A DNA stretch of 64,000 bases from Mantamonas sphyraenae STR306 (taxonomy: Eukaryota > Protista > CRuMs). A program made the position numbers and the translations under genes. The stretch is from assembly GCA_026936335.1 (NCBI GenBank), contig JAPMXV010000021.1, positions 124,001 to 188,000 on the forward strand, written 5' to 3'. Below the pieces are notes generated by a model that worked only from the letters and a program-made list of their open reading frames with translations, did not search any database and had not been told where the DNA came from. This document shows positions 53,818 through 64,000 of this stretch, piece after piece (within the stretch, counting starts at the first letter, position 1; each line of letters begins with the position of its first letter).

Positions 53818-56800
53818 ATGAATGTCAATCCTTGCGCTGAGTCGTGCGCTTTCTCCTCAAACCAAATGACCTCGTCGTCTGCCTGGTGGCTGGCAGAGAT
53901 GGTGGCTGCCTCGGCCAGCGAAGCAGCTGCTGACCCCAACCACCACACGCCTACATACACCCACCCGAGCAGCGACAGAGGGAAAGGCAGCATCGTGGGG
54001 CGCACGGATCTCTCCGCTTCGACATCATCACCGGACGGCGCCGTGTCCTGGGGCACGCTGACTGCGTCGCTGCTGACCGTGTCAGCAGCCTCCCTGGGAT
54101 ACATCATGTACAGCAAGCGCAGCGCACGCAAGGCGCTGGAGCACAAGGAGCAGGAAAAGGCGGCGGTAGAAAAGACTTGGCGCCAGAAATGTACAGACAC
54201 GGAGCAGGCGCTGCAACCCGTGGTCGACCAGCTGCGTTCAGAGTCTCAGGCACAAAAACGACACGCAAAGTCGCTGGAGGCCAAGCTGCGCTCCACGACG
54301 CTGCTCCTAGCCGAGTACCGGCGCAAGTTGAGCGATGCACACAACCAGAGCCTCGAGTCGCTGCAGGAGAGCACACTGGAGCACGAAATGAGCCTGGAGA
54401 TGAGCCAACAGGCCATTGACATGGACTCGTCCATGCTGGATGCCTCCTTCCGTTCCTACCTTGGCCCACACCTGGACCAGTCGCTGAGTGCGCTTGGATC
54501 GATGTCTCCCAACACGCTGGGCCGCGTGACACGGCGCATCCGAGAGTTGGAGGACAACGAAACGCGCATCAAGATCCAACTGGTGGAAGCAGAGACACAG
54601 CTGGAGATGCTGGGTGCCCGCAAGCAGGAGCTGCAGGTGGAATTGGAGGCCAAAGTGCGCAAACTGGAGAGCAGCCACGCGCAGGTGGAGCAGCTGCGCT
54701 CGCTGTGGCAAGACGAGCATGACACGGTGCAAGAGTACCGGAAGCGCGAGGAGAAGCTGCACAGGGAGGTGGAGGCAGCGAACCAGCGAGCGATGGAGAT
54801 GCAGGTGCAACACGCAAGCTTCGACACCATCGACCAGCAACACACACTGGAGCGAATGACTCTGGAATTGGCAGAAATGCGCAGCGGCAAGGCCAAGGCG
54901 GAAGAAAGGGCCACACAGGTGCGGCAGCAGCTCATGGACGCGCGCGCAGAACTTGACAAGCAGGCTGCCGTTGTGGAGGAGCTGCAGAGCACGATTGCAG
55001 ACATGGAACGGGTGCAAGCGCGCATGAAGATGCTGCACGACAATGCCATGGAGAGTGTGCGGCAGGACCATGCCAGCGAGGTGCGCAAATTGCGGCAGGA
55101 TGCGCAGCACGAGCTCAACAGCACCAAGATACGTGCCGAAGAGACACTGGCGCGGGAACTGGCGGCATTGGAGCGTAGGCTACAGGCAGACCACGAGCGG
55201 GAACGGCACGAAATGCGGATGGCGCTGGAGGCGAGGAAGCAAAACTACAACCAGGAGCTGGAGAGGCAGCTGGAGGAGCAGCACGACCAATTGGTGAGCC
55301 AATTCGAAGCGGAGTACCGTAGCAAGCTGAAAGCAAGGGAGGTGCAGCATGCAGAGGCGCTGCGGCATGAGCAGGAACGGATGCGCGATGCCGTGGAGGT
55401 GGCCAAACACAGCATGGCCGAGGAGGCGGCCATGCAGAAGCAGCAGACCGAAGACAAGCTGGAGTTGGAGACCCTGCAGAAGCAACTGGAGGTGCAGCAG
55501 AAGATGCGGGAAGCGCTGGAGGAGAAGGAGGCGCTGCTGCGAGCAGAGTACGAAGAGAAGCAGCGGATCGCGGCCGAGGAGCTGCAGGTGATGATGGACA
55601 CCACGCGAGACAGACTGAAGCTGGAACAACAGCAAGAGGTGAAGCGCATGGAGGCAAAGCTGGCGCTGGAGTTTCGGCAGCGAACGCGGGAGGCAGAAAT
55701 GGAGCTGAAGAAGCGCTTCGAAGCAGAGATGCGGGACAAGGTGGCTCAGGAGCGCGAGGCACTGGAGGAACAGATGCGACGCAAGATAGACGAGACAGAC
55801 ACTGACTACCGCAAACGAATGGCCAGCGAGCACCAGCTGCTGGAACAACAGCTGGAAATTGCCATCAAGGATCGGGAAAACCAGATTGCGCTGGCGCGCG
55901 AGCAGCTGCGCGAAGAAGCGCAGGCTGTGTTTGATGCCAAACTGACGCAGGAGGTGGCCACCATACGCGCGGAGCACGAGGAGGAGCTGCGTGCAGAAAA
56001 GGCCAAGATGAAGGAACGGTTGCAGGCGGCTCGCGAGGGCTTGCAAACACAGCTGAAGCGGGAGCTGGAGGTGCACGAACAGAGCATGCGCACAGAGGTG
56101 GAGCTGCAGCGTGTGCGTTTGCAGGACGAACACAAGGCAGAAATGCGGCGTCGAGTGAAGGAGATGGAGGAGGAGCAGGCGGCGCGTGTGAAGCACATGC
56201 GAGAGCAGCTGATGCACGAATTTGAGCTGCGCAAGGCACAAGCTGACATGGAAAAGGAGCACGAGATGGAACAGGAGCGTGAGGCACTGGAACGCAGGCT
56301 GAAAAAGGCACTGGAAGTGCAGCGGGAGGAGGTGGAGGCAGAGGCACGCAGCAAGCTGGCAGCGGAAGAGGCAAGGTGGGCGAGGGTCGAGGAGGAACGC
56401 AAAAAGCGCATGGAAGCGGATTTCAACAGCCGGCTGGAGCGGGAAATGCAGGAACTGGCTCAGAGCGTGCGTGTGCAGAGCAACGAAGAGGCAAAGTGGA
56501 GGGAGTTGAACGAGGAGCGGCGAAAGAGCAACGAAGAGTCGATGCGCAGGCGTGTGGAGGAGGAGAAGCAGAGACTGGAGAAAGAGTTTGCCAAGCGCCT
56601 GGCGAGCGAGGAGGCGCAGTGGAAAGCGATCGAAGAGGAGCGGAAACAAACAACCAGGGCAGAGATGGAGCGGCAGCTGAATGCACAGAAGCGCAAGCTG
56701 GAGGCCGAGATGGAACGTATCAAGAGGGACGAGGCGCGAGCCAGGCAGGATGCAGAGGAGAGTCTGACGGCAAGCAAGGAGAAACAGCTGCAGGAGGCGT

Positions 56801-59694
56801 TGCAGGAGCAACGCAGCAGCATGACGGCAGAATTTGAGAAGCAGCTGGCCAGGCAGAAGCGAGACTGGGAGCAGATGGAAAAGACACGCCGGGAGCGGCG
56901 TGAGCGTGAGTACAGCCGGCAGCTGGAGGCGGAGACGGAACGGCTGCGGAAGGAGTACGAAGAGAGCGCACGCAAGGCAGCAGACGAGTGGGAAAAGGAG
57001 GCGGCGAAGCGTGCGTTGAAAGCAGAGTGGGCGCTGGAGGAGAAGCTGGCAGCGGAGAGGGAACGGTTGCAAACACAGCTGCGCAGCGACGTGGCAGAGG
57101 CCACGGGCGAGGAGTGGGAAGCCAAGATGCGACTCAAGATGGAAGAGATGGAGGCAGAGTACAGGAGACAGCTGGAGGCGAACGAAGCGGAGTTGACCGA
57201 CAAACATCGGCAGGAACAGCTTCAGAAGGAGAGCGACTTGCAGGAGAAGCTGCGTGAGAACAGGCAGCGTATGGAGCGGGAGTTTGAAGAGCGGCGCAAG
57301 GCGGAGGAGGAGATGCGAGCAAGCGAAGAGGCAACGCGGATGGAGCTGGCACGGCGCGAGTTTGAGCAGCAACTGAACGAGGCGCGATCGGAGCTGGAGG
57401 CAGCGCAGAACCAACACGAGGCGCGTGTGAAGCGGCATGACCGCAAGTGGAAGGAGCGTGTGCAGACGGCCGTGATGGAGGAGCGTGTGGCGGCGAACCA
57501 GCGGATGGAGGAACTGCAGGAGGAGGTGGTTGCTGAGTGGAAGGCCAAGATGCAGGAGGAGAGGGACAGGGCCAGCCGTAGCAAGGCGGAGCTGGAAGCA
57601 CAACTGGCACAGGTGCGCAGCAAGGCGGCAAGTGAGGCCGAGGCGCTGCGTGCGGCGTCCAAGCGAGAGCGGGAGGCATTGGTGCGGAGGCACGAGGAGG
57701 CAGAGGCAGAGCTGCAGAGGGAGTATGAACAGCGGCTGAAGGAGCAACAGGCGGTGTTTGAGCGGGAAAGCAGACGGATGAGCATGGAGCGATCGCACAG
57801 CGAACATGAGCTGCAATCGCGAAAGGATGAACAATCGAAGCAAAAGGAACGCGAGCTGCGCAAACAGGTGCAGCAGCTGCAGGAGGCACAGGCGGAGGAG
57901 AGGCGACGGTTGCAAGAGGAGGCGGCCTCAGAGATGGAACGCGTGCGTAGGGAGCACCGTGCAGCGTTGGAGTCGCAGCAGGTGGCCGCACGTGAGCAAA
58001 TGCAGCAGCTGCAGCGGAGGATGGGCCAGGAGGCAGAAAACAGGCTGCAGGCGGAACTGGCCAAGGTGCGGGAAGAGGCGAGGAGGCAGCGAGAGGAGGA
58101 CCAGGCTCTGTGGGCCAAGTACGAAGAGGACCGCAAGGTGATCGAGCAAAAGACGGCGGACAAGGAAAAGATGGAAGCGGAGTTTTTCGAAGACATGGCG
58201 CTGCAGCAGGCGGTGGCACGGCGATGGCTGGAAATGTGGCGTAGTGCAAAGCGACACGATCGGTTCCACAGCGCCGTGTATGCACTGATGAAACGCAAGA
58301 TGCACACCAACATCGATGCACGGACAGAGGCCCTGCGCAGCCTGGTGAGCTCGGAGAAGGAGTACCGTCGTGAGTTGCACTCGCTGGTGACCATCTTTGT
58401 GAACGGCAGCGCGCGGGAGGAGCTCCTGACCGCCAAGGAACGCCTGGACGTGTTTGGACCCGTGGAGGAGATGAGCAGAATCAGCGAGGATCTGTGCGAG
58501 GTGTTGGACCGTGTCATGGAAGCGTGGCCGTTGGAACAGAACATCAGCCGTGCAATGATGGGTGTGATGGAGCAGTTGGAGGTGTACCACGAGTATGTGG
58601 TGGGGTTCGACGCTGCACGCACCAAGGTGAGCGACAAGGAAAAGAAGGACAAGGCCTTTGCCTCGTTCCTGGCCAAGGGCCAAGGAATGAGCGGGAGCAG
58701 TCTGCAGGCGCTGTTGACGACTCCGGTGCATCGTGTGCCACAGTACACAAATGCACTGGGCAAACTGCACCGTCTGACGCCCAAGGAGCACGGGGACTAC
58801 GTGGGCCTGGGCGAGCTGCTGTTCCTGCTCAAGTCGCTGAGCAAACAGATCAACGAGGGCAAGGAGCACAAGAGCAACCAGGAGCGGATGTGGCAGGTGT
58901 TGACCAAGATTGGCGAGGAGGAAAGCCGCGACGGACGGCGTTGGATTCGCGACGGCGAAGTCATGCTGCGGAGCAGCAAGGACAAGAGCAAGTCGGGCTA
59001 CGCTGCACTGTTCAGCGACGTGCTGATGCTGGCACGGCCCAAGAGCAGATTCAAGAAGGAGCTGCAGGTCAAGTCGCAGGTGCCGATCACAGCCAACACG
59101 ACGGTGCAGGACGTGAGCAAGCAAGCGAGTAGCGGCAGCGGCAGCGGCAGTGGCATGCGATCGCCTCGTCTGTCCTCCTCCTCGTCTGGCAATGGCGGCG
59201 CGGGGGCCACTGGCACGGGACGCATCCATGCGTTGGAAGTGAGCGAGAGCGAGAGCAAGATGCTGGTGGTGCTGGAATTTGCCGAGGAGAAGGAGCTGCG
59301 CGCGTGGATGGAAGACATTCAGGCGGCGGTGGTGGATGTGTCCAAAAAGACAGAGCACGAGCAGGACGAGCTGGTGGTGCGGCGCAGCTCGATGGACGTG
59401 CGGCGCATCTCCACGGGCAAGTTTCGGGCCGGTGATTGGATGCGGGGCCAAGAGGAGGAGGGCGATCTGACCAACAGCTCAAGCGCAGGAAACCTGCTGG
59501 AGGTACCTGGAGGATCTGGACGCATTGCAGGGCGTCGTCGCCGTGCTCCACCCACACGAAGCGGCATGGGACTCAGTCCTCGGTCGCGAGGGGGTGCGGG
59601 TGGGGACACGGGCGACGACGGCGACGACCATGGGACCTCGTCAGGCGACAGCAGTCGACGCAAGAGCACGCGCGAGCGCATGGGATCCGCATAG
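53818..59694 (+). CDS. N-terminal TM helix + very long coiled coil + DH-PH RhoGEF
   Basis: TM WGTLTASLLTVSAASLGYIMY; about 1350 aa of E/R/Q/K heptads; DH LVSSEKEYRREL...LLTTPVHRVPQY...INEGK; PH YAALFSDVLML...AWMEDI. Confidence 0.85.
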   Translation: MNVNPCAESCAFSSNQMTSSSAWWLAEMVAASASEAAADPNHHTPTYTHPSSDRGKGSIVGRTDLSASTSSPDGAVSWGTLTASLLTVSAASLGYIMYSKRSARKALEHKEQEKAAVEKTWRQKCTDTEQALQPVVDQLRSESQAQKRHAKSLEAKLRSTTLLLAEYRRKLSDAHNQSLESLQESTLEHEMSLEMSQQAIDMDSSMLDASFRSYLGPHLDQSLSALGSMSPNTLGRVTRRIRELEDNETRIKIQLVEAETQLEMLGARKQELQVELEAKVRKLESSHAQVEQLRSLWQDEHDTVQEYRKREEKLHREVEAANQRAMEMQVQHASFDTIDQQHTLERMTLELAEMRSGKAKAEERATQVRQQLMDARAELDKQAAVVEELQSTIADMERVQARMKMLHDNAMESVRQDHASEVRKLRQDAQHELNSTKIRAEETLARELAALERRLQADHERERHEMRMALEARKQNYNQELERQLEEQHDQLVSQFEAEYRSKLKAREVQHAEALRHEQERMRDAVEVAKHSMAEEAAMQKQQTEDKLELETLQKQLEVQQKMREALEEKEALLRAEYEEKQRIAAEELQVMMDTTRDRLKLEQQQEVKRMEAKLALEFRQRTREAEMELKKRFEAEMRDKVAQEREALEEQMRRKIDETDTDYRKRMASEHQLLEQQLEIAIKDRENQIALAREQLREEAQAVFDAKLTQEVATIRAEHEEELRAEKAKMKERLQAAREGLQTQLKRELEVHEQSMRTEVELQRVRLQDEHKAEMRRRVKEMEEEQAARVKHMREQLMHEFELRKAQADMEKEHEMEQEREALERRLKKALEVQREEVEAEARSKLAAEEARWARVEEERKKRMEADFNSRLEREMQELAQSVRVQSNEEAKWRELNEERRKSNEESMRRRVEEEKQRLEKEFAKRLASEEAQWKAIEEERKQTTRAEMERQLNAQKRKLEAEMERIKRDEARARQDAEESLTASKEKQLQEALQEQRSSMTAEFEKQLARQKRDWEQMEKTRRERREREYSRQLEAETERLRKEYEESARKAADEWEKEAAKRALKAEWALEEKLAAERERLQTQLRSDVAEATGEEWEAKMRLKMEEMEAEYRRQLEANEAELTDKHRQEQLQKESDLQEKLRENRQRMEREFEERRKAEEEMRASEEATRMELARREFEQQLNEARSELEAAQNQHEARVKRHDRKWKERVQTAVMEERVAANQRMEELQEEVVAEWKAKMQEERDRASRSKAELEAQLAQVRSKAASEAEALRAASKREREALVRRHEEAEAELQREYEQRLKEQQAVFERESRRMSMERSHSEHELQSRKDEQSKQKERELRKQVQQLQEAQAEERRRLQEEAASEMERVRREHRAALESQQVAAREQMQQLQRRMGQEAENRLQAELAKVREEARRQREEDQALWAKYEEDRKVIEQKTADKEKMEAEFFEDMALQQAVARRWLEMWRSAKRHDRFHSAVYALMKRKMHTNIDARTEALRSLVSSEKEYRRELHSLVTIFVNGSAREELLTAKERLDVFGPVEEMSRISEDLCEVLDRVMEAWPLEQNISRAMMGVMEQLEVYHEYVVGFDAARTKVSDKEKKDKAFASFLAKGQGMSGSSLQALLTTPVHRVPQYTNALGKLHRLTPKEHGDYVGLGELLFLLKSLSKQINEGKEHKSNQERMWQVLTKIGEEESRDGRRWIRDGEVMLRSSKDKSKSGYAALFSDVLMLARPKSRFKKELQVKSQVPITANTTVQDVSKQASSGSGSGSGMRSPRLSSSSSGNGGAGATGTGRIHALEVSESESKMLVVLEFAEEKELRAWMEDIQAAVVDVSKKTEHEQDELVVRRSSMDVRRISTGKFRAGDWMRGQEEEGDLTNSSSAGNLLEVPGGSGRIAGRRRRAPPTRSGMGLSPRSRGGAGGDTGDDGDDHGTSSGDSSRRKSTRERMGSA

Positions 59695-59744
59695 AGCGAG
59701 GGGAGGAATCCATCCAATCTCATGCATTTGTTGATCTCACCACA

Positions 59745-62700
59745 TCACTTCTTGCCTCCCTTCTTCTTGCCTCCTTTCTTGCCCTTCCTCTTGCCTTCTG
59801 GGTAGGACGAGGAGGAGGAGGAAGGTGGTGCATCAATGTCCTCGCTCACCATCTCTGTGAACAGATCATCCTGGGCGTCATCCGCGTTGGCCGAGTCTCC
59901 CTCACTCGTCGACGAGGAGGTGGAGGAGCGGTGATGGGCGTCGTCAGCGTTGGTGAAGTAGCCCTTGGCCTGAAGTTCGGCAAAGGCCTCCTTGCTGACG
60001 GGCACAGCAACCACCTTTTTGTTGCCCTCTCCGTCGACAGTGTCCAGGAGCATCATGAGGTCGTCCGAGTTGGCAGCGCCGGAAGAGGCGGCGCCGCGGA
60101 TGCCAAAGCCTTGGCCGGCCACGTCGAGCTTAAGGTTATCGTGGTCGCGACGGATGCGTGCGGCCTTGGCGTCGTTCTGCACGCGTGCCTCGATGCCATC
60201 GACCTGGGCCAGATAGTCCACGCAGCCGCGTGTCAGCTGGTGCTCCAGACCCAAATGGGTTTGGAAGAGGGCCAGGGCGCTTTGGCCCTGCTTCTTGGCC
60301 CCGCGCATGTCACGTGTGCTCAGGTGGACACGCGACAGTGAGTAGTGTGCAAGGGCCTGGCTGACGGCGGCGTCGGCGACGGCGTCCGCCTGGGTGCTGC
60401 GCGAAGCCAGGGTCTCAAAGAGGTGGATGGCGCGTTGGAGGTAGGGCACGCTGCCAAGGGGTTCACCCAGGTTCATAAACAGCTCGGCCTGGGTGAGGAG
60501 GTTCCTGCCAAGGGCAGCGTTGACCGTGTCGCCGCAGATGCACTGCTGAAGGTACAGCACGTGCTCCTGGTAGAGAATGGCCACACGGTGGTTGCCAATG
60601 GCCTGGTAGAGGCCGCTGAGCTCACGGTAAGCCTCGAGCGTTTGGCCGTCGTCCAGACCCAGGCTCTGTTCGTAGCCAATCACGGCCAGACGCATGAGTT
60701 CAAACACTGTGGGCAGATCGTGGTTCAGGGCCAGCATGAGACGTGCGGTGCGCATGTTGCAGGCGGCCACCTCGGCCTGCATGTTGCCATGGATCATGTT
60801 GAGACGCCTGCGTTGCTCCTTGAGCACAGCAAGCACCTCCTGGTGCTTCTGATCCTCCAGCAGGGTGCGCAGCGAGGCCTCCATGGCCTCGCAATCGCGA
60901 TCCGTCACGGTGGCCGTCTTGAGCACCGCCACAGTGCCCATCACATGTGCAGGCAGCACAGGTTGCGACGCGTTGAAGTTGTAATCGCGCGGTTCCATCT
61001 GCACGCCCACCTGCTGGCACACACGGCGCATCAGCGTCACAGGGAATTGCAACACACCGGCATCCAACTGCTGTTCTGGGCCCGCCAGCGAGGCGTAGCC
61101 AAAGCGAGCCTGTGCCTGCTCGGCAATCTCCTGCCACAACGACTGGCTGTCCATGGCCAGGCACGCCTGGGCGTGTGCGCTGAGCGACGACAGCAGCGTC
61201 TGTTCGTCCTCGTCCTCCTCTTCGCCCTGACCCACCAGCAGCGAGGAACCCGCAGGAGCAACCTGTGCCTCGCGACCCGTGGCTTCCGCCACCACGCGTG
61301 CAGCCTTTGCGTACCCGGGGCCGTAGAGGGCGTTGAAGAAGTGGGCCACCAGAGTGGGCACCAGGTGGCGTTCGGGCAGATCGCCCATCCATGCGTTGAG
61401 CACATGCTTGGCCACACGGGCGACGATTTCCAACTCGACGACGGCGTGCAGGTAGGCGTTGTCGGCCACCAGGGCCTGAAGCTGGCCAAGGTAGCGCATG
61501 TTGATGCCCATGGCATGCATGGTGCGGCTCAGCGTGGCTCCGTCGTGCACGTGCACCTTGCCACTGAGGAGCAGCTCGGCAAACTCGGGCAACACCGTCC
61601 CGGAAAGATAGTCCGCAAGCGCACGCACCTGTGCCTCGTCGGCCTCGCCATCCACGTTTTCCACCACGGGCCATCCGTCCACGTCTGTGTTGAAGCAGGC
61701 CTGCTGCGCCTCGCTGCCCTCCTCCTGCGCCGCACGCCAGCGTGCAAGCAGTTCCGGACGCAGCACCGCGTACGGCAGCTCCGCACCGGCAAAGTTGAGA
61801 TCGCGAGGCAGCAGACGGTACAGGTCGATGAGGTAGTTGCGTCCATCGATGCCCTGCATGCAACGCAGCTCGGCGGCAATGGGCATGGCCACAGACTCGT
61901 TGTTGTTGTCGCCCTGGATGCGCTTTGTGCCTCCCTTGATGCCCAGCGCGGTGGCCAGGGCAGACAGGGGCTCCACCACGGCGTCGTCACACACAAGTGA
62001 GTTTGTGGCTTCGCCCGTCTCAGGGTTCATGTCCATCAACACGCCGTACAGCTGGCGGAAGCGGTGTGCGTGTGTCAACACGCCCATGATGGTGCTCTGG
62101 ACCAGGAAGCGCTGGCCCTGGTACGTGACCAGGATGTAGTTGGGCAAAGCCATGCCGGGCACAGAGGCGTCGCGCACCAACTGAGCTCCAAGAAGCTCCA
62201 CGTTGGCATACTTGTCATGGGCCCAGGGCAGGCCGCGGTCCGCATACTCCTCGCGCGGCTGGCCCTGGCGGTACACAAACACGTTGTTGTGGTTGAACAG
62301 CAGCGTGTTGTTCTTGAACGTGGGCTGGATGGAGCCGTCGACCACACCCTTGACCACAGGCACGGCGGCGTCGACAAACTCCACCTGCGTGCGCGCAAGC
62401 ATCATGTTGCGCTGCAGCCGTTCGTGTGCATCCTCACGTGGCATCTCGTACACTTGCTGGAACTCTTCGTTGTAGTCGCGTGCATGCTGGAGCACGTTGG
62501 CCAAACTGGAGGAGCCCCACAGCAACTGCTGCGCGGCGTCGTGCACGTCGTACTCGCCCTCAATCGACACAGACGGCATCAGCCACGACGGCTTGGCCAA
62601 CGAGTTGCTGGCATACTCCAGCACCGCACTGTGGGCCATGGTGGCCATCAGTCGCTCGAACCGGGTGGCAAACTTGTGCGAAAGCAACGAGAGCAAATCG

Positions 62701-63524
62701 ACAAGCGAGGCCGTGCGGTGCAGCTTGTGGCTCGGGTGTGCACGTGCGTCATACTGCGACGCACTGCTGCGGTTCACGTAGAAGCCCGACGACGTGGCAC
62801 TGATGTAGTACGCGTTGTTTTCCAACGTGACACACTCGATGACAAAGTGGTGGCCTCGCAGACGGTCGGCGCTGCTGGGCTGCCAGCCCGAAATAAACAG
62901 CCGCTTGACACAATGACCCAAATCGGCCGCAAACGAACCGGGCCCAGCCTTGTCACTTCCATCCACAAACTGAAGTTGCACAGGCGGCGGGAAGTACGTG
63001 CTCAGGGCCCGGGCGGCGCTGATCTTCGGAGCTTTTTCCTCGTTGTCGCCTTCGCGCTCGTGCAGGAACACCTGGTTGACAATGCGAGTGCACATGGACT
63101 CGGTGCGCACACCAATGCCAAAGTGGGCCTGGATGGTGCTGAGGAGGAGCTTGAGGCGTGTGAAATGCGTGATGGCCTCCAGCTGGCTCAACTGGGCCGG
63201 CGGCTGCATGTACAGCTCCAGTGGCCACCCAAGGGTTTCCAGTTCCACCTCGTCGTCCAGACGTGTGTCCTCATGCACCAAGTCGTATCCGACGTAGATG
63301 TGTGTGCTGAGGTTGTCTGCCAGCAGTTGCCGCACGTCCTTCACCTGCAGCTGCGAGCTGCTGCCCAGATCCATGTTCAGCGCCTTGGACGGTGCAGGCG
63401 GCTGCACAGTCAACACGCGTGACTGCACACCCGTGCTCTCTGTCTCTTGCACCTCGTCGCCCGTCGACGACTCATTCCTGCTGCTCTCTACGCCCACAGG
63501 CGACTGTTCGGCCACGGTGGACAT
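59745..63524 (-). CDS. CLUH: Clustered mitochondria protein (CLU1/CLUH/TIF31)
   Basis: ISGWQP...ITLEN-like motif...GFYVNRS; RDYNEEFQ; GIDGRNYLIDLYRLLPRDLNF; LRPELL; MHAMGINMRYLG; C-terminal TPRs. Confidence 0.85.
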   Translation of the reverse strand: MSTVAEQSPVGVESSRNESSTGDEVQETESTGVQSRVLTVQPPAPSKALNMDLGSSSQLQVKDVRQLLADNLSTHIYVGYDLVHEDTRLDDEVELETLGWPLELYMQPPAQLSQLEAITHFTRLKLLLSTIQAHFGIGVRTESMCTRIVNQVFLHEREGDNEEKAPKISAARALSTYFPPPVQLQFVDGSDKAGPGSFAADLGHCVKRLFISGWQPSSADRLRGHHFVIECVTLENNAYYISATSSGFYVNRSSASQYDARAHPSHKLHRTASLVDLLSLLSHKFATRFERLMATMAHSAVLEYASNSLAKPSWLMPSVSIEGEYDVHDAAQQLLWGSSSLANVLQHARDYNEEFQQVYEMPREDAHERLQRNMMLARTQVEFVDAAVPVVKGVVDGSIQPTFKNNTLLFNHNNVFVYRQGQPREEYADRGLPWAHDKYANVELLGAQLVRDASVPGMALPNYILVTYQGQRFLVQSTIMGVLTHAHRFRQLYGVLMDMNPETGEATNSLVCDDAVVEPLSALATALGIKGGTKRIQGDNNNESVAMPIAAELRCMQGIDGRNYLIDLYRLLPRDLNFAGAELPYAVLRPELLARWRAAQEEGSEAQQACFNTDVDGWPVVENVDGEADEAQVRALADYLSGTVLPEFAELLLSGKVHVHDGATLSRTMHAMGINMRYLGQLQALVADNAYLHAVVELEIVARVAKHVLNAWMGDLPERHLVPTLVAHFFNALYGPGYAKAARVVAEATGREAQVAPAGSSLLVGQGEEEDEDEQTLLSSLSAHAQACLAMDSQSLWQEIAEQAQARFGYASLAGPEQQLDAGVLQFPVTLMRRVCQQVGVQMEPRDYNFNASQPVLPAHVMGTVAVLKTATVTDRDCEAMEASLRTLLEDQKHQEVLAVLKEQRRRLNMIHGNMQAEVAACNMRTARLMLALNHDLPTVFELMRLAVIGYEQSLGLDDGQTLEAYRELSGLYQAIGNHRVAILYQEHVLYLQQCICGDTVNAALGRNLLTQAELFMNLGEPLGSVPYLQRAIHLFETLASRSTQADAVADAAVSQALAHYSLSRVHLSTRDMRGAKKQGQSALALFQTHLGLEHQLTRGCVDYLAQVDGIEARVQNDAKAARIRRDHDNLKLDVAGQGFGIRGAASSGAANSDDLMMLLDTVDGEGNKKVVAVPVSKEAFAELQAKGYFTNADDAHHRSSTSSSTSEGDSANADDAQDDLFTEMVSEDIDAPPSSSSSSYPEGKRKGKKGGKKKGGKK

Positions 63525-63659
63525 TTCCGGCGGATTTCCTGATTTTTTGTTGGTTTGTTTGCAGCGAATCCGATTGAATTTCGTTGTCTTTGCTCTCTCT
63601 CCCACACACACACTCTGTCTCTCTCTCTCTCTGTGTCTCTCTGTCCCTCATTCACATTC

Positions 63660-64000
63660 TCACAGCAGGGCCAGGGGCCACTTGTCGGTGTCGAGCTTCT
63701 CGCCACCGCAGGCAATGTACTTGCCGCCGTCGACGTAGGCGTCAAACGAGCGCACGAGCTTCTTGGTGTTTGCGTCGTACATCTTCTTGACAGCGCCGGT
63801 GAGGAGGCCGACCGAGGTGGTGGCCTTGTACTTGAGCTTGTCGTGGTCGGTGATGAGCTTGGGGTTGATGGTGATCTTGGTCCCCTTGTCGTGCTTGTCG
63901 CCGTTGCGGAACACGTAGATGACGCGTGCCTTCTCCGCCTGTGTGCCAAACTTCTTGATGCTCTTCTTCTTCACGGGGCTCTTGTACTCGTACTTGACCT
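63660..64000 (-). CDS. Doublecortin (DCX) domain protein, apicortin-like C-terminus; 5' part outside the window
   Basis: KFGTQAEKARVIYVFRNGDKHDKG...GAVKKMYD...DGGKYIACGGE. Confidence 0.75.
   Translation of the reverse strand, partial: VKYEYKSPVKKKSIKKFGTQAEKARVIYVFRNGDKHDKGTKITINPKLITDHDKLKYKATTSVGLLTGAVKKMYDANTKKLVRSFDAYVDGGKYIACGGEKLDTDKWPLALL

Noticed and set aside
55180-59451. Antisense ORFs of 911, 520 and 507 aa, and similar shadows at 26772-28643, 28718-30439 and 60345-63422
   Set aside because: Shadow frames of GC-rich coding genes; no recognisable domains.

Overview
Gene-dense eukaryotic DNA, probably from a flagellated protist (GT-AG introns, CA/GT microsatellites, cilia/microtubule genes, RhoGEFs, ubiquitin-system genes). 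About 24 protein-coding genes lie with very short intergenic spacers. Several genes are split by single-base frameshifts that look like assembly indel errors. The standout is an intronless ORF of about 1,800 aa (42727/42871..48204) between the convergent housekeeping genes eIF2A and MRPL47. Its C-terminus carries the D-E-D RuvC signature of Fanzor/TnpB RNA-guided nucleases (GYDPG ... HEAQTSK ... HKDRSAAINM), and its N-terminal half contains a degenerate XPG/FEN1-like PIN+H3TH fold. It is followed by a short hairpin-forming non-coding segment (candidate omegaRNA) and is bracketed by an exact 20-bp direct repeat containing the apparent host poly(A) signal AATGAA. Other unusual architectures: MRH-lectin-TPR-DnaJ, ERI1 exonuclease-Cys phosphatase, PB1-USP, F-box-multipass TM, LRR-BTB-BTB and a giant TPR-WW-repeat-IQ-RhoGEF. 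All assignments come from motif recognition by eye; no database search was run.
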